A stretch of 64,000 bases of DNA, from IMG/VR virus record IMGVR_UViG_3300011337_000669; one strand, written 5' to 3'. Shown piece by piece: positions 9,543-18,197 of this stretch. The position numbers and the translations under genes were made by a program. Source of the stretch: a virus. Taxonomy: Duplodnaviria > Caudoviricetes. Below the pieces are notes generated by a model that saw only the letters and a list, made by a program, of their open reading frames with translations, did not search any database and was not told the DNA's origin. Position 1 is the first letter of the stretch, and each line of letters starts with the position of its first letter.

Positions 9543-9572
9543 AAAAAAACCCACCTTTATGGGGTGGGGATT
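9543..9572 (-). terminator. Intrinsic terminator (same family as 5641 and 6310)
   Basis: CCCACCTTTATGGGGTGGGG identical core. Confidence 0.8.
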
Positions 9573-9581
9573 AAACTTTAA

Positions 9582-10319
9582 TTAAAGATGATTTCTTAAC
9601 ATGCTAATGACATCTTCTTCATCTTTATTCCAAATGTCCTTAATTTTATTTTTATCAATCAACATCGGTCGAGCATAATATGTCATTTTTTTCACCCTAT
9701 CTCCAAATCTTTCCTCAAACTTATTCTTGGCATAATCTATCATCTCTTTTGTGAATTGTTTATACTCACGTTCGATATCATTTTCCCATCCCCATTGTTT
9801 ACCAGAAATTAAAAATATTTTTTTATCCTTTCTATCATAATACATGATAAACTTATTTCCGCCAGGAGTTCCCGTGTTGAATGTAACCTTTCCACCTTTT
9901 GATGATTTATCTTCGATTCCCAAAATACCATTACTTGATACAATCAAAAAGTCTGGAGATGCTTTTGACCCAAATGGTTCTTTAATAAAATACACCGAAT
10001 TAACATCAATATCATCGAAATAATTGGACAATGTGGTTGTTGTAAATTTCGATGGGTCGGATGAATTATAAACCGATTTCATTTTGGCAACACATGCCTT
10101 ATTTTTAAGAATAAATTGACCATCATTTATAAAATCCAAGGATATCACCTGATTGAAAATATAATCTTCACGGTCTTTCGATGTCCAGTTATTTCCGATG
10201 TTGTTCACCGTATTTTTCAAAGCATCGACCAAACCAGTCATTTTTTGACGAGCAATATTTTCATTAGGTATTGTCTGAGATAAAACATTTGATACGGAAT
10301 TTCTGATACTTTCTGCCAT
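9582..10319 (-). CDS. Putative type II restriction endonuclease (PD-(D/E)xK)
   Basis: SPDFLIV...GIEDKSSK catalytic-like motif; adjacent to an MTase. Confidence 0.65.
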   Translation of the reverse strand: MAESIRNSVSNVLSQTIPNENIARQKMTGLVDALKNTVNNIGNNWTSKDREDYIFNQVISLDFINDGQFILKNKACVAKMKSVYNSSDPSKFTTTTLSNYFDDIDVNSVYFIKEPFGSKASPDFLIVSSNGILGIEDKSSKGGKVTFNTGTPGGNKFIMYYDRKDKKIFLISGKQWGWENDIEREYKQFTKEMIDYAKNKFEERFGDRVKKMTYYARPMLIDKNKIKDIWNKDEEDVISMLRNHL

Positions 10320-10333
10320 AGACAAATAAATAG

Positions 10334-11431
10334 TTAATATTCAAAATTTAATATTTCGTTCACGGTAATATTGGTGCTATTAAAATAATCTTGGAAGGAT
10401 ATATGTCCCCCGACCATCATTTCATATAGTTCCTTAATCATTTCCTTATTTTCATGAGTAATCACCATAACGTGATTTTCAAACAAGTATGAATCATTAT
10501 TCTCAATCAAAGCAAATTTCATATTTTTTGATATTACCCGTGGCATAACAATACAATCTTTTACTTTGGATATTTCATCAGAAACAATATATTGTTTTTT
10601 TCCCGGAATCTTGCTTCTAAGTTTACCGCCAATTTTGATTTCATTATCTCCAATATTATTTGAATATAACAATATTTTTTGGGAAGAATCATCGGTCAAT
10701 TTTTCTTTCACATTATACCACAGAATATCCCCAATTTTGCATACAAAACCTTTTTCCTTTAAGGTCATGCCATTTGAAACATTTTTGGTCAATGTATAAT
10801 AATTATTTTTCAAACTTATGAATGAATGACCCTCATCGAACTTTTTTTGCAATATCAAAAGACAAACATCGATGGAGACATCTTTGAATGGAATCTGATG
10901 GATAATATCCACAACGGCATATTCATCATAGATTTTTTTCCGAATGTCATTATACCAAGGACTTGATAAAATGGTTGAAGGCAAAAGATACGCCAACACC
11001 CCACCGTCCTTTAACAACTCAAAAGATTTGTCCATAAACAAATGAACCAAATTAATTCTCCCCCTCTTTTCAAAATTAAATCGTTCACGTAATTTACTCT
11101 TTTCATCTTCATCATAATAAGAATAAACCAATTCAATATATGGAGGATTTCCAATAATAAAATCATATTGTTTATCAAAATCAGTTAAAAGAAAATCACC
11201 CAATAAACAATTGGCACCATCAATAGGTGAGAACACCTCAGGGTCAATCTCAAAACAATCAATACTTAAATCGGATTTTTTTAATTCAGACACAAAATTC
11301 CCCGAACCAAAACTTGGCTCCAAAACCCATCCCGATAAATCAAATCTTTTTCTTAATTCTTCAATAGTGAAATTACACTCATTCACGTCAGTATTAAACT
11401 GACCATACTTAGCTCTTTTTGACTTTCCCAT
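10334..11431 (-). CDS. N6-adenine DNA methyltransferase (TaqI/Eco57I-like, gamma order)
   Basis: Motif I VLEPSFGSGNF; motif IV IIGNPPY; C-terminal TRD-like region. Confidence 0.9.
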   Translation of the reverse strand: MGKSKRAKYGQFNTDVNECNFTIEELRKRFDLSGWVLEPSFGSGNFVSELKKSDLSIDCFEIDPEVFSPIDGANCLLGDFLLTDFDKQYDFIIGNPPYIELVYSYYDEDEKSKLRERFNFEKRGRINLVHLFMDKSFELLKDGGVLAYLLPSTILSSPWYNDIRKKIYDEYAVVDIIHQIPFKDVSIDVCLLILQKKFDEGHSFISLKNNYYTLTKNVSNGMTLKEKGFVCKIGDILWYNVKEKLTDDSSQKILLYSNNIGDNEIKIGGKLRSKIPGKKQYIVSDEISKVKDCIVMPRVISKNMKFALIENNDSYLFENHVMVITHENKEMIKELYEMMVGGHISFQDYFNSTNITVNEILNFEY

Positions 11432-11488
11432 ACAGTTATAAATATAATTCATTTATCGTGGAAAATAAAATAATTAGACACAAATATC

Positions 11489-11550
11489 CAAAAAAGGGGT
11501 TGGGGATTAGAACGACCGAAGGGAGAACGGACGGGGCGGTATACGAATAA
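11489..11550. repeat. Dispersed intergenic repeat, copy C
   Basis: Identical to copy A over 40 bp. Confidence 0.9.
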
Positions 11551-11573
11551 CAACAGATAAGATACGAATATCT

Positions 11574-11906
11574 TTAACCTTTATCCACAGATTTAACAGG
11601 AAGTTTTGTATTTTCCTCAAACCATTTAATAAAAATAGATTTCCAATGTTCACCAAACAAATCCGTGAGATAATCATAAGTTTCGTCAGGAAGATAAACC
11701 TTCCCCCTTTTTTTCAAAGCTTTCCATAAGTAATACATATGGTCGTAAGGATTATCCTCATCCCAAAATAAATAAAGTTCACCATAGTCGTCCTCCAATT
11801 TCTCAATATATTCTTCAGGATTCCATCCATCATAGGGAGTGAGATTAGAATTCAAAAAATCAACTATTACTTCTCCCAATCTACTACTTGTAATAATATA
11901 TTTCAT
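11574..11906 (-). CDS. MKYIITSS-leader family protein
   Basis: Start moved to MKYII; TATTTAT 6 nt upstream. Confidence 0.7.
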   Translation of the reverse strand: MKYIITSSRLGEVIVDFLNSNLTPYDGWNPEEYIEKLEDDYGELYLFWDEDNPYDHMYYLWKALKKRGKVYLPDETYDYLTDLFGEHWKSIFIKWFEENTKLPVKSVDKG

Positions 11907-11929
11907 AATTAATAAATACCCAAAACTTC

Positions 11930-11992
11930 CCAAAAAGGGGATGGGGATTCTCACGACCGAAGGGAGAACGGACGAAGCGGTATACGAATAAC
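11930..11992. repeat. Dispersed intergenic repeat, copy D
   Basis: CCAAAAAGGGGATGGGGATTCTCACGACCGAAGGGAGAA; shares GCGGTATACGAATAAC tail with copy C. Confidence 0.88.
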
Positions 11993-11994
11993 GA

Positions 11995-12735
11995 CTATAA
12001 TATCTTATCCCCCTTACTCATATTATCCTCACCCCATAATGGCTGAAGATTTGTATAATGACATAACCCGATTAACTCTTCTTCAGAAGTTGCAGAAGAT
12101 AGGGGAATTATATGGTCAATATGCCAATCACCCCTATTCTCCCAAGACATACCATCAACAAACTTTGATTCCAAATATTCCTTGAACTCATCATATGTCA
12201 TCCCAACAACCTCTTCCGTTGAAGTATCAAATTTCTTATACCCCTGTCTCCTAAATGAATTACGAATTAAATTACGAAGACGAACCTTCATAGCAAACAT
12301 CTCATCTTCATTCCATCTACGCTTCCATCTCTCATATTCACTCTTTCTCTTTTTTTGCCTCTGCATTTCTTTCCACTCATCAGTCTTATAGTATTCCATA
12401 CGTTTTTTCCACTCCAAACTTTTTTGAAGTTTCTGTTCCTTGATAAGCATCCTCTCTTCTTTCCGAACTTCCTTCAATCGATTCAGTTCATCAGTTATTT
12501 TTTTCTTCTCCTCTCTGATAATACGATTCCCCTCCACAATTTTTGACTCATATCGTTTCTTTGAGTCTTTTATCTTTTTCTTCCCCTCCTCAGTTTGTCT
12601 CCATTTTTTATGATTGCCTCTATTAATCTCTACACGACATTTTTTACAAGCACCTTTTGGTTTTCCCTTTTCATAGTAATATTCTGTTAGGGGTAAATCT
12701 AATTCACATTTACAGCATAATTTTGTCTCATCCAT
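11995..12735 (-). CDS. HNH endonuclease with N-terminal Cys motif and K/E-rich coiled coil
   Basis: WHIDHIIPLSSA...LCHYTNLQPLW.EDN..KG; TATATTTG 5 nt upstream of ATG. Confidence 0.85.
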   Translation of the reverse strand: MDETKLCCKCELDLPLTEYYYEKGKPKGACKKCRVEINRGNHKKWRQTEEGKKKIKDSKKRYESKIVEGNRIIREEKKKITDELNRLKEVRKEERMLIKEQKLQKSLEWKKRMEYYKTDEWKEMQRQKKRKSEYERWKRRWNEDEMFAMKVRLRNLIRNSFRRQGYKKFDTSTEEVVGMTYDEFKEYLESKFVDGMSWENRGDWHIDHIIPLSSATSEEELIGLCHYTNLQPLWGEDNMSKGDKIL

Positions 12736-13554
12736 ATAATCAAATATAGGGGATTATCCCCCAAAAATAAATAACTATATAATCAATAGGATTACCTTTT
12801 TTATGAAAAATTTTCCAAAAATTCTAAAAAGGATATACACACCTTTTTCAAACAAGGGGTCGTGTTTATAGAAACTAACACCCCACAATATACGGTAGGG
12901 GGAGAAACCCAAAAAAGGTCATTTTTAGCTGCAAAATTTTATTCGGGTAACATAGGGAATTGATGACCATAATATGACATTCTGACAGGAGGGAAGGGGG
13001 GATTCCTATACGAAGGACAGAAAGACAGGAGGGGGGAGGGGGGTATATCGTATGCCAAACCCCTCCCATCTAATATATTTATTTATCCCCCCCTCCCTAT
13101 GAGTTATCCACCTCCTTATAGTCGGGGATAAATACTTATCCACAAGATATACATTGTTAGCACAATGGTTCCCGTATTCGACCCCGACCATAGATGTGTA
13201 TAAGTTGTGGAGAAATAAATGGTGATATGTTTGGTGGGGTGAATAATAATGACGACCTTTATGTACTTGATGTTCTGTCGTACGGATAGATAAGGAGGCG
13301 GGGTAAGTAATTACTCGGGAGAGTGGACTCCGACACACCCCAAACAAAATAATATATTGTGGATAAGTGGTATGACAGATAGTCAATAATAAAAAGTACG
13401 TAGGGGTAACCGAAGAATGTTCTGTATAACAATACAATTATATCTTGGAATCCTCTGTCCTATTGATCATAATCCAGATTATATAACATGGTTCTATAAC
13501 TCCCCCAACCTTTTATTGTATTATATGGGGAATGTTTAGATGACCCTTAAAAAT

Positions 13555-13989
13555 TTAGATAGACATGAAAGGTTGTTCCCCTGGCTTACGATTGATATGC
13601 CATGTCCCCAATTCAATATTACGATTACCGAACTTAAACTCATCAGGAAGGGTGGGGTTCTCAGATACATCTTTGATGGTTCTCCTTATATCATCACGGA
13701 CTCTCTTGTATTCCTCATACTCCATATCGTTAATAAGGTTGGGGTACGAATAGTCAATATACTTCCCCTCATCAACCAACTCCTGAATCCATTTCTTCGT
13801 CTCATGACCATAAGCCTCAGAAAACTCGGTGGGGTCGAACTCAAAGTTCAAAAAAATTGTTGTATAAAGATCCAAGTCCTCCTGTCTAACGAACACATCC
13901 TTAATCCATGGGAACTCCCTCATCAATGCTCTCTTAATCAACTTGAAAGCATAAACGTTATATATATCTTCAGGTGTTGTCTTCCCCAT
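13555..13989 (-). CDS. Hypothetical protein inside the DnaA-box region
   Basis: 144-aa ORF with composition typical of the window. Confidence 0.65.
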   Translation of the reverse strand: MGKTTPEDIYNVYAFKLIKRALMREFPWIKDVFVRQEDLDLYTTIFLNFEFDPTEFSEAYGHETKKWIQELVDEGKYIDYSYPNLINDMEYEEYKRVRDDIRRTIKDVSENPTLPDEFKFGNRNIELGTWHINRKPGEQPFMSI

Positions 13990-14003
13990 GTCATTACCGT
14001 TTA

Positions 14004-14237
14004 TTATAAATACTCAGCCTTTATCATCTTTTGACATACCTCCACAATTTCCTTGGGGATTATCTCATAATTACTCACCTCATATAATCTCTCAATCTTC
14101 GCATCAACACATACCCAAGCATCCATACTCACAGGCTTACGTTGAAATGTTCTCTTCGCTCTCTCAAAATACAGAGAACCAACCTCTTGATCATTGAAGG
14201 AAATAATGAACCGTATCTTATCATCCACCTTCTCCAT
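14004..14237 (-). CDS. Hypothetical protein
   Basis: ORF; start uncertain (14237 or 14258). Confidence 0.55.
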   Translation of the reverse strand: MEKVDDKIRFIISFNDQEVGSLYFERAKRTFQRKPVSMDAWVCVDAKIERLYEVSNYEIIPKEIVEVCQKMIKAEYL

Positions 14238-15034
14238 TATATATACTAAATCTATCATGTGGATAAATATACATTCGGAACATATAAAAATAAAGGAGAA
14301 TCATTGTGCCAACAATGTATCCACACACTGACATTCTGTCTGTAGGGGGCAACATGGTGAATACCGACCGAAGGTTGGGGAAAACTTTTTCCATTGTGGA
14401 TAAATAAATAGGGGGAAAAACTTGACTTTGTCATAATGTCAGGGGAGCGTTACATGGGGGATAATCCCTTTGAGGGGTTTTGGGTCCCCCACTCTTTACC
14501 ACTTTCCCCCACCATTAGTACTGAATTCATGGCTGGTTATAGTGTAGTGACCACTTTTTTCCCCCTGACGATAGTGTGAAGACCATATTTTTACTATACG
14601 TAAAACCTAGCAAAAAAAGGAATAGTAAGTGTAACCCCGCGTGAGTGAACGTAGTGAACCTTTAACCCCCCCTTCAACGAATCCCATAGGTTATTATGGT
14701 TCATATGACCTGACTATTATTGTCCCCTTCAACGACATATCGTAGATGGTGGGAGAATGTGGGAGTTATACCTGATGGGGTTTAATTGTTTACCGAAGGT
14801 ATTGTTTTGTACCCCATAGGGTATAGGACTATATGTGAAATAATATATGTTAATTCGGATCCCCACCGAATAGGTGGTGCTTATTTAACATCTCACCTTC
14901 ACACAATATCACCATGTCATTCGATGTCCTGTCATTTGGCGGGGGACAATAGTTAGGCGGGGACAGTTTGTCCCCATGTATAACTCTCCAAATGTGTGTT
15001 AAAAAATGAGTTTTGGAAGATTATACAACAAGAG

Positions 15035-15129
15035 AGAGAATGAGGAATTAATGAACGAATGAAATGGTCGGGAACACGACAGTGTTCCTCATCCGACCAT
15101 GGAGTGAGTGAATTAATTCCTCATTCTCT
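15035..15129. other. Long nested hairpin (structured RNA or cruciform candidate)
   Basis: 18-bp perfect outer stem 15035-15052/15112-15129; inner stems ATGGTCGG/CCGACCAT and GAACAC/GTGTTC. Confidence 0.7.
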
Positions 15130-15137
15130 ATAATATA

Positions 15138-15163
15138 AAAACCCCCACCTTTTGGGTGAGGGG
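15138..15163 (-). terminator. Intrinsic terminator
   Basis: CCCCCACC-TTTTG-GGTGAGGGG; same core at 20347-20376. Confidence 0.7.
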
Positions 15164-15172
15164 ATAAAATCT

Positions 15173-15829
15173 TTAGAAACTATAGCCGATTCCGACATTA
15201 ACTGAAGTAAATTTAGAAATAACCAATCCACCTCGGAAGATAAACGAGTCACTTAAATTCTTCATGTATCCGAAAGTAACATAAGGAGTTATTTTCCTCT
15301 CGTTAATATCTTTCGATTCTACATATGTTTCGATATTCGGAGTTGGATTGGTAGAAAGTTTAGGAACCGAAGGTGTTCCAATCGACCCTATCGACCCTTG
15401 GGTAGAAACATAAGTAACATTACTTTGTTGAGGTGTAACTATTTTCTCCATTAAAACATTCTCGAGGCCTAAAGAAAGGCTGGATTGTATTCCCCCTCCT
15501 ATATAAATTCCTTCTTTGTTTTTATAAAACATACCGAAACTATTGGAAACTCCACGCTCAATCCATTTTCCTACTTTTCCATTGATGTAATTTTGTGGAT
15601 AAATGTCATTCGTGACAGTCGCAGTCCTGATATATTCAAAACCAATGTTGTTATACTCTACCCATCCACCATAAGCAAAACCAGTAGACCAATTCATATC
15701 CCCCATCATAAGTGGGGCACCAAACATAGGCCCGATAGAACCTACAGGTGATACAGTAACTGAATGTTGTTGAGAAAAGGATGCGATGGTGATAAACCAT
15801 AGAAGTACAATAAAGAAAATCTTTTTCAT
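15173..15829 (-). CDS. Putative outer-membrane beta-barrel protein
   Basis: Signal peptide MKKIFFIVLLWFITIASFSQ; alternating beta-strand pattern; C-terminal VGIGYSF. Confidence 0.7.
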   Translation of the reverse strand: MKKIFFIVLLWFITIASFSQQHSVTVSPVGSIGPMFGAPLMMGDMNWSTGFAYGGWVEYNNIGFEYIRTATVTNDIYPQNYINGKVGKWIERGVSNSFGMFYKNKEGIYIGGGIQSSLSLGLENVLMEKIVTPQQSNVTYVSTQGSIGSIGTPSVPKLSTNPTPNIETYVESKDINERKITPYVTFGYMKNLSDSFIFRGGLVISKFTSVNVGIGYSF

Positions 15830-15961
15830 GTGTGTTTGTTTATGTTTGAATTACAAAGGAACTAAAAAAATTCGACTAATCCAAAAATTATGAAAAAAAT
15901 ATCGTGGATAATCTTCACAATTATTTAATATGGTGTGAGTTTCTTTATTCTATTTATTGGT

Positions 15962-16660
15962 ATGATAAAAGACTTACTAACAATCGTTATACCTTCTAAG
16001 AATGAATCAGAGTTAATTGATTTGACTTTGAGTTTATTAAACAAACAAGAAGATATATCAGGTACAAAAGTTATTATTGCCGATTCATCTGATGATTCTA
16101 CAAGAGACATTATATTATCAGGAGACCACAGTAATTTGAACATTACCATTATTGATGGTGGCTATCCGAGCGTTGCAAGAAACAAGGGTGCCATGATGTC
16201 CACAACCCCTTATATATTATTCTTGGATGCTGATATATACTTAATTGATAATACCACCATAAGAGAGTGTACGAGTATTATACAGAAAGATTCGTTGGAG
16301 TTGGTAACATGTAAGTTTAGATGTGAAGGAAGATACGCATTTGTTTTCCCCGTTTTTGAATTCTTTAGAGATTTATCGATTAAATATTCCCCTTGTGCTA
16401 TTGGAGGTTTTATGTTATTTGAGTTTGAATCCTTTATGAGAGTCGGAGGGTTTGATGATGAAGATAAATTTGCTGAGGACTTTCACCTCAGTAGTAAAAT
16501 TCCACCTGAATCTTTTAAGGTAGTAAATAAAAAGATATATACTACAGATAGAAGATTTAAGAAGAAGGGATTATTTTATATGGTTAGGGTAGCCATTTTA
16601 TCCATAATGAATAAAAGCAATCCTGCGTTTTTCAGATATGACCACAACTACTGGCTATAA
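15962..16660 (+). CDS. Glycosyltransferase family 2
   Basis: IVIPSKNE, IIADSSDD, ARNKGA, LFLDAD, FAED motifs; TATTTAT at 15951-15957. Confidence 0.9.
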   Translation: MIKDLLTIVIPSKNESELIDLTLSLLNKQEDISGTKVIIADSSDDSTRDIILSGDHSNLNITIIDGGYPSVARNKGAMMSTTPYILFLDADIYLIDNTTIRECTSIIQKDSLELVTCKFRCEGRYAFVFPVFEFFRDLSIKYSPCAIGGFMLFEFESFMRVGGFDDEDKFAEDFHLSSKIPPESFKVVNKKIYTTDRRFKKKGLFYMVRVAILSIMNKSNPAFFRYDHNYWL

Positions 16661-17363
16661 ATGTGTGGTCTTATCCGATCTACACTTGGGTATGAATGAC
16701 TGCAAACCTAAACGTATTCTTGAGTTCCTTGATAAAGTTGATACAGACCTTATCATTCTTAATGGTGATATTATTGATATCGATGCACTTCGTCGTGGTA
16801 GCAAGTGGAAGGATAAACATATGAAGGTCCTTATTAAGTTATTGGATATGTCCCGCCATACAGAGATTATCTATATCAGAGGGAACCACGATAACGATGT
16901 GAAAGATCTATACAACAGCATCCTCGGGAATATTAAATTCATGGATGAATATGTGTATTCTGCTGGTAATAAGAAGTATCTCGTATTCCATGGTGATAAG
17001 ATTGATATCACAACCAAATATAAATTGCTTACTCAAATTGGTTCCATAGGTTATGATATTGCCCTTCGTCTTAATACATGGTATAACAGGTATCGAGAAT
17101 TCACAGGCAAACCATATTACAGCATTTCTAAAGTAATTAAGGAAAACTTTAAGAATGCCGTTTCATTCATTAACGACTTCGAGGTGAATGCCTGTGATTA
17201 TGCTAAGACCCTTAATTGCGACGGTGCTATCATCGGGCATATTCATATACCCTCCATCAAAATAATTAATGGAATGGAATACTACAACTCAGGTGATTGG
17301 GTGGAAAACTTCTCCGCCCTTGTTCTTACTCAGGATAATGAATGGAAGTTAATCAATTCCTAA
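16638..17363 (+). CDS. Calcineurin-like metallophosphoesterase, UDP-2,3-diacylglucosamine hydrolase (LpxH)-like
   Basis: SDLHLG, GDIID, GNHD, FHGD, GHIH, NSGDW motifs. Confidence 0.85.
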   Translation: MTTTTGYKCVVLSDLHLGMNDCKPKRILEFLDKVDTDLIILNGDIIDIDALRRGSKWKDKHMKVLIKLLDMSRHTEIIYIRGNHDNDVKDLYNSILGNIKFMDEYVYSAGNKKYLVFHGDKIDITTKYKLLTQIGSIGYDIALRLNTWYNRYREFTGKPYYSISKVIKENFKNAVSFINDFEVNACDYAKTLNCDGAIIGHIHIPSIKIINGMEYYNSGDWVENFSALVLTQDNEWKLINS

Positions 17364-17406
17364 CCATATCTTGTCAATCTCATTCTTATTCCGTACCTTT
17401 GGAACC

Positions 17407-17760
17407 ATGAAGAAGACCTTAAGACTTAAGAGAGTAATGATGGCGTACTTGGATTCGATGTATCCTGGAATTTATCTATTGAAGTTAGATCGCTTGGGTG
17501 ATGTGGTGGAGAATTTTGATAAAGATCCACAGGGGAATTGGTTTGAGGATAGAAGAGTCGGTAGATCGAGAAATAGTTGGTTTGATATGAGGGAAGAAAT
17601 CATCCGCAGATTGGAATTGATGTTCTCTATAGATTATATCACCGCTGACACCGTATTAAATGATTGGGTGAACTGTAGACCTAAGTATAAGTATGTCAGA
17701 AACTCTATGACCGAGCAAGTCCTTGTTCGCGTGGAGGAAAAAACTCATATGACATTGTAA
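17407..17760 (+). CDS. Hypothetical protein
   Basis: Start moved to MKKTLR, 5 nt after TACCTTTG (17394-17401). Confidence 0.6.
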   Translation: MKKTLRLKRVMMAYLDSMYPGIYLLKLDRLGDVVENFDKDPQGNWFEDRRVGRSRNSWFDMREEIIRRLELMFSIDYITADTVLNDWVNCRPKYKYVRNSMTEQVLVRVEEKTHMTL

Positions 17761-17764
17761 CTAT

Positions 17765-17805
17765 CATATGCCGGGTTCGATTACCCCCGACCCCCTTTTT
17801 TATTT
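17765..17805 (+). repeat. Upstream element, copy E (related to repeat A-D)
   Basis: CATATGCCGGGTTCGATTACCCCCGACCCCCTTTTTTATTT. Confidence 0.75.
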
Positions 17806-17822
17806 TATCGATATTTATTACT

Positions 17823-18134
17823 ATGAAGTATATCATATCTGAACAAAGATTAGGAAGAATAATAAACAGGTACTTAGATGACTTGGGGTTTACAGAAGGA
17901 AATGATGATGCCGATGGGTTTGATATAATGCGCGGTGATAATCAAGTGATGGCTTTCCGTAATGAAGAAGAGAGATTATATATTAGTACTGATTTAATTA
18001 GAGATGTAAGAGACCTTTTTGGATTACCCCAAAAAGAAAGTATGAACTATATCAGGAATTGGTTTCAGGATGAATATAATACACGAGCAAGGACAATGTG
18101 GTTGTTATTTCCTGACGAACCATTCACCTATTAA
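17823..18134 (+). CDS. MKYIISE-leader family protein
   Basis: Leader; TATTTAT upstream. Confidence 0.75.
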   Translation: MKYIISEQRLGRIINRYLDDLGFTEGNDDADGFDIMRGDNQVMAFRNEEERLYISTDLIRDVRDLFGLPQKESMNYIRNWFQDEYNTRARTMWLLFPDEPFTY

Positions 18135-18139
18135 TCTGT

Positions 18140-18181
18140 CATATGCCGGGGTCGATTATCCCCCAACCCCCTTTTTTATTT
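18140..18181 (+). repeat. Upstream element, copy F
   Basis: CATATGCCGGGGTCGATTATCCCCCAACCCCCTTTTTTATTT. Confidence 0.75.
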
Positions 18182-18197
18182 CCTTATATTTATCTAT

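Larger units (their letters stand above)
12760..15170. promoter_or_regulatory. Largely non-coding region with DnaA-box cluster; candidate replication origin or DnaA-titration locus
   Basis: Perfect TTATCCACA at 13136-13144 (+) and 13358-13366, 14258-14266, 14395-14403 (-); near-matches at 13104, 13195, 13206, 14317. Confidence 0.6.

Noticed and set aside
11581-11589. Perfect DnaA box TTATCCACA
   Set aside because: Lies in a coding end (codons for S-V-D-K) 1.5 kb from the cluster; compatible with chance, so not counted
8040-11992. CRISPR array interpretation of the 40-bp repeats
   Set aside because: Spacing is hundreds to thousands of bp with whole genes between copies; no cas genes in the window
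12875-14197. ORFs 12875-13069, 13006-13437, 13540-14034, 13565-13753, 13988-14197
   Set aside because: Atypical composition, or antisense shadows of better genes; likely spurious
17765-18181. tRNA genes (GGGTTCGATT T-loop-like sequence)
   Set aside because: No D-arm, anticodon arm or acceptor pairing can be built; at most a T-arm-like remnant. No tRNA could be supported anywhere in the window by eye.
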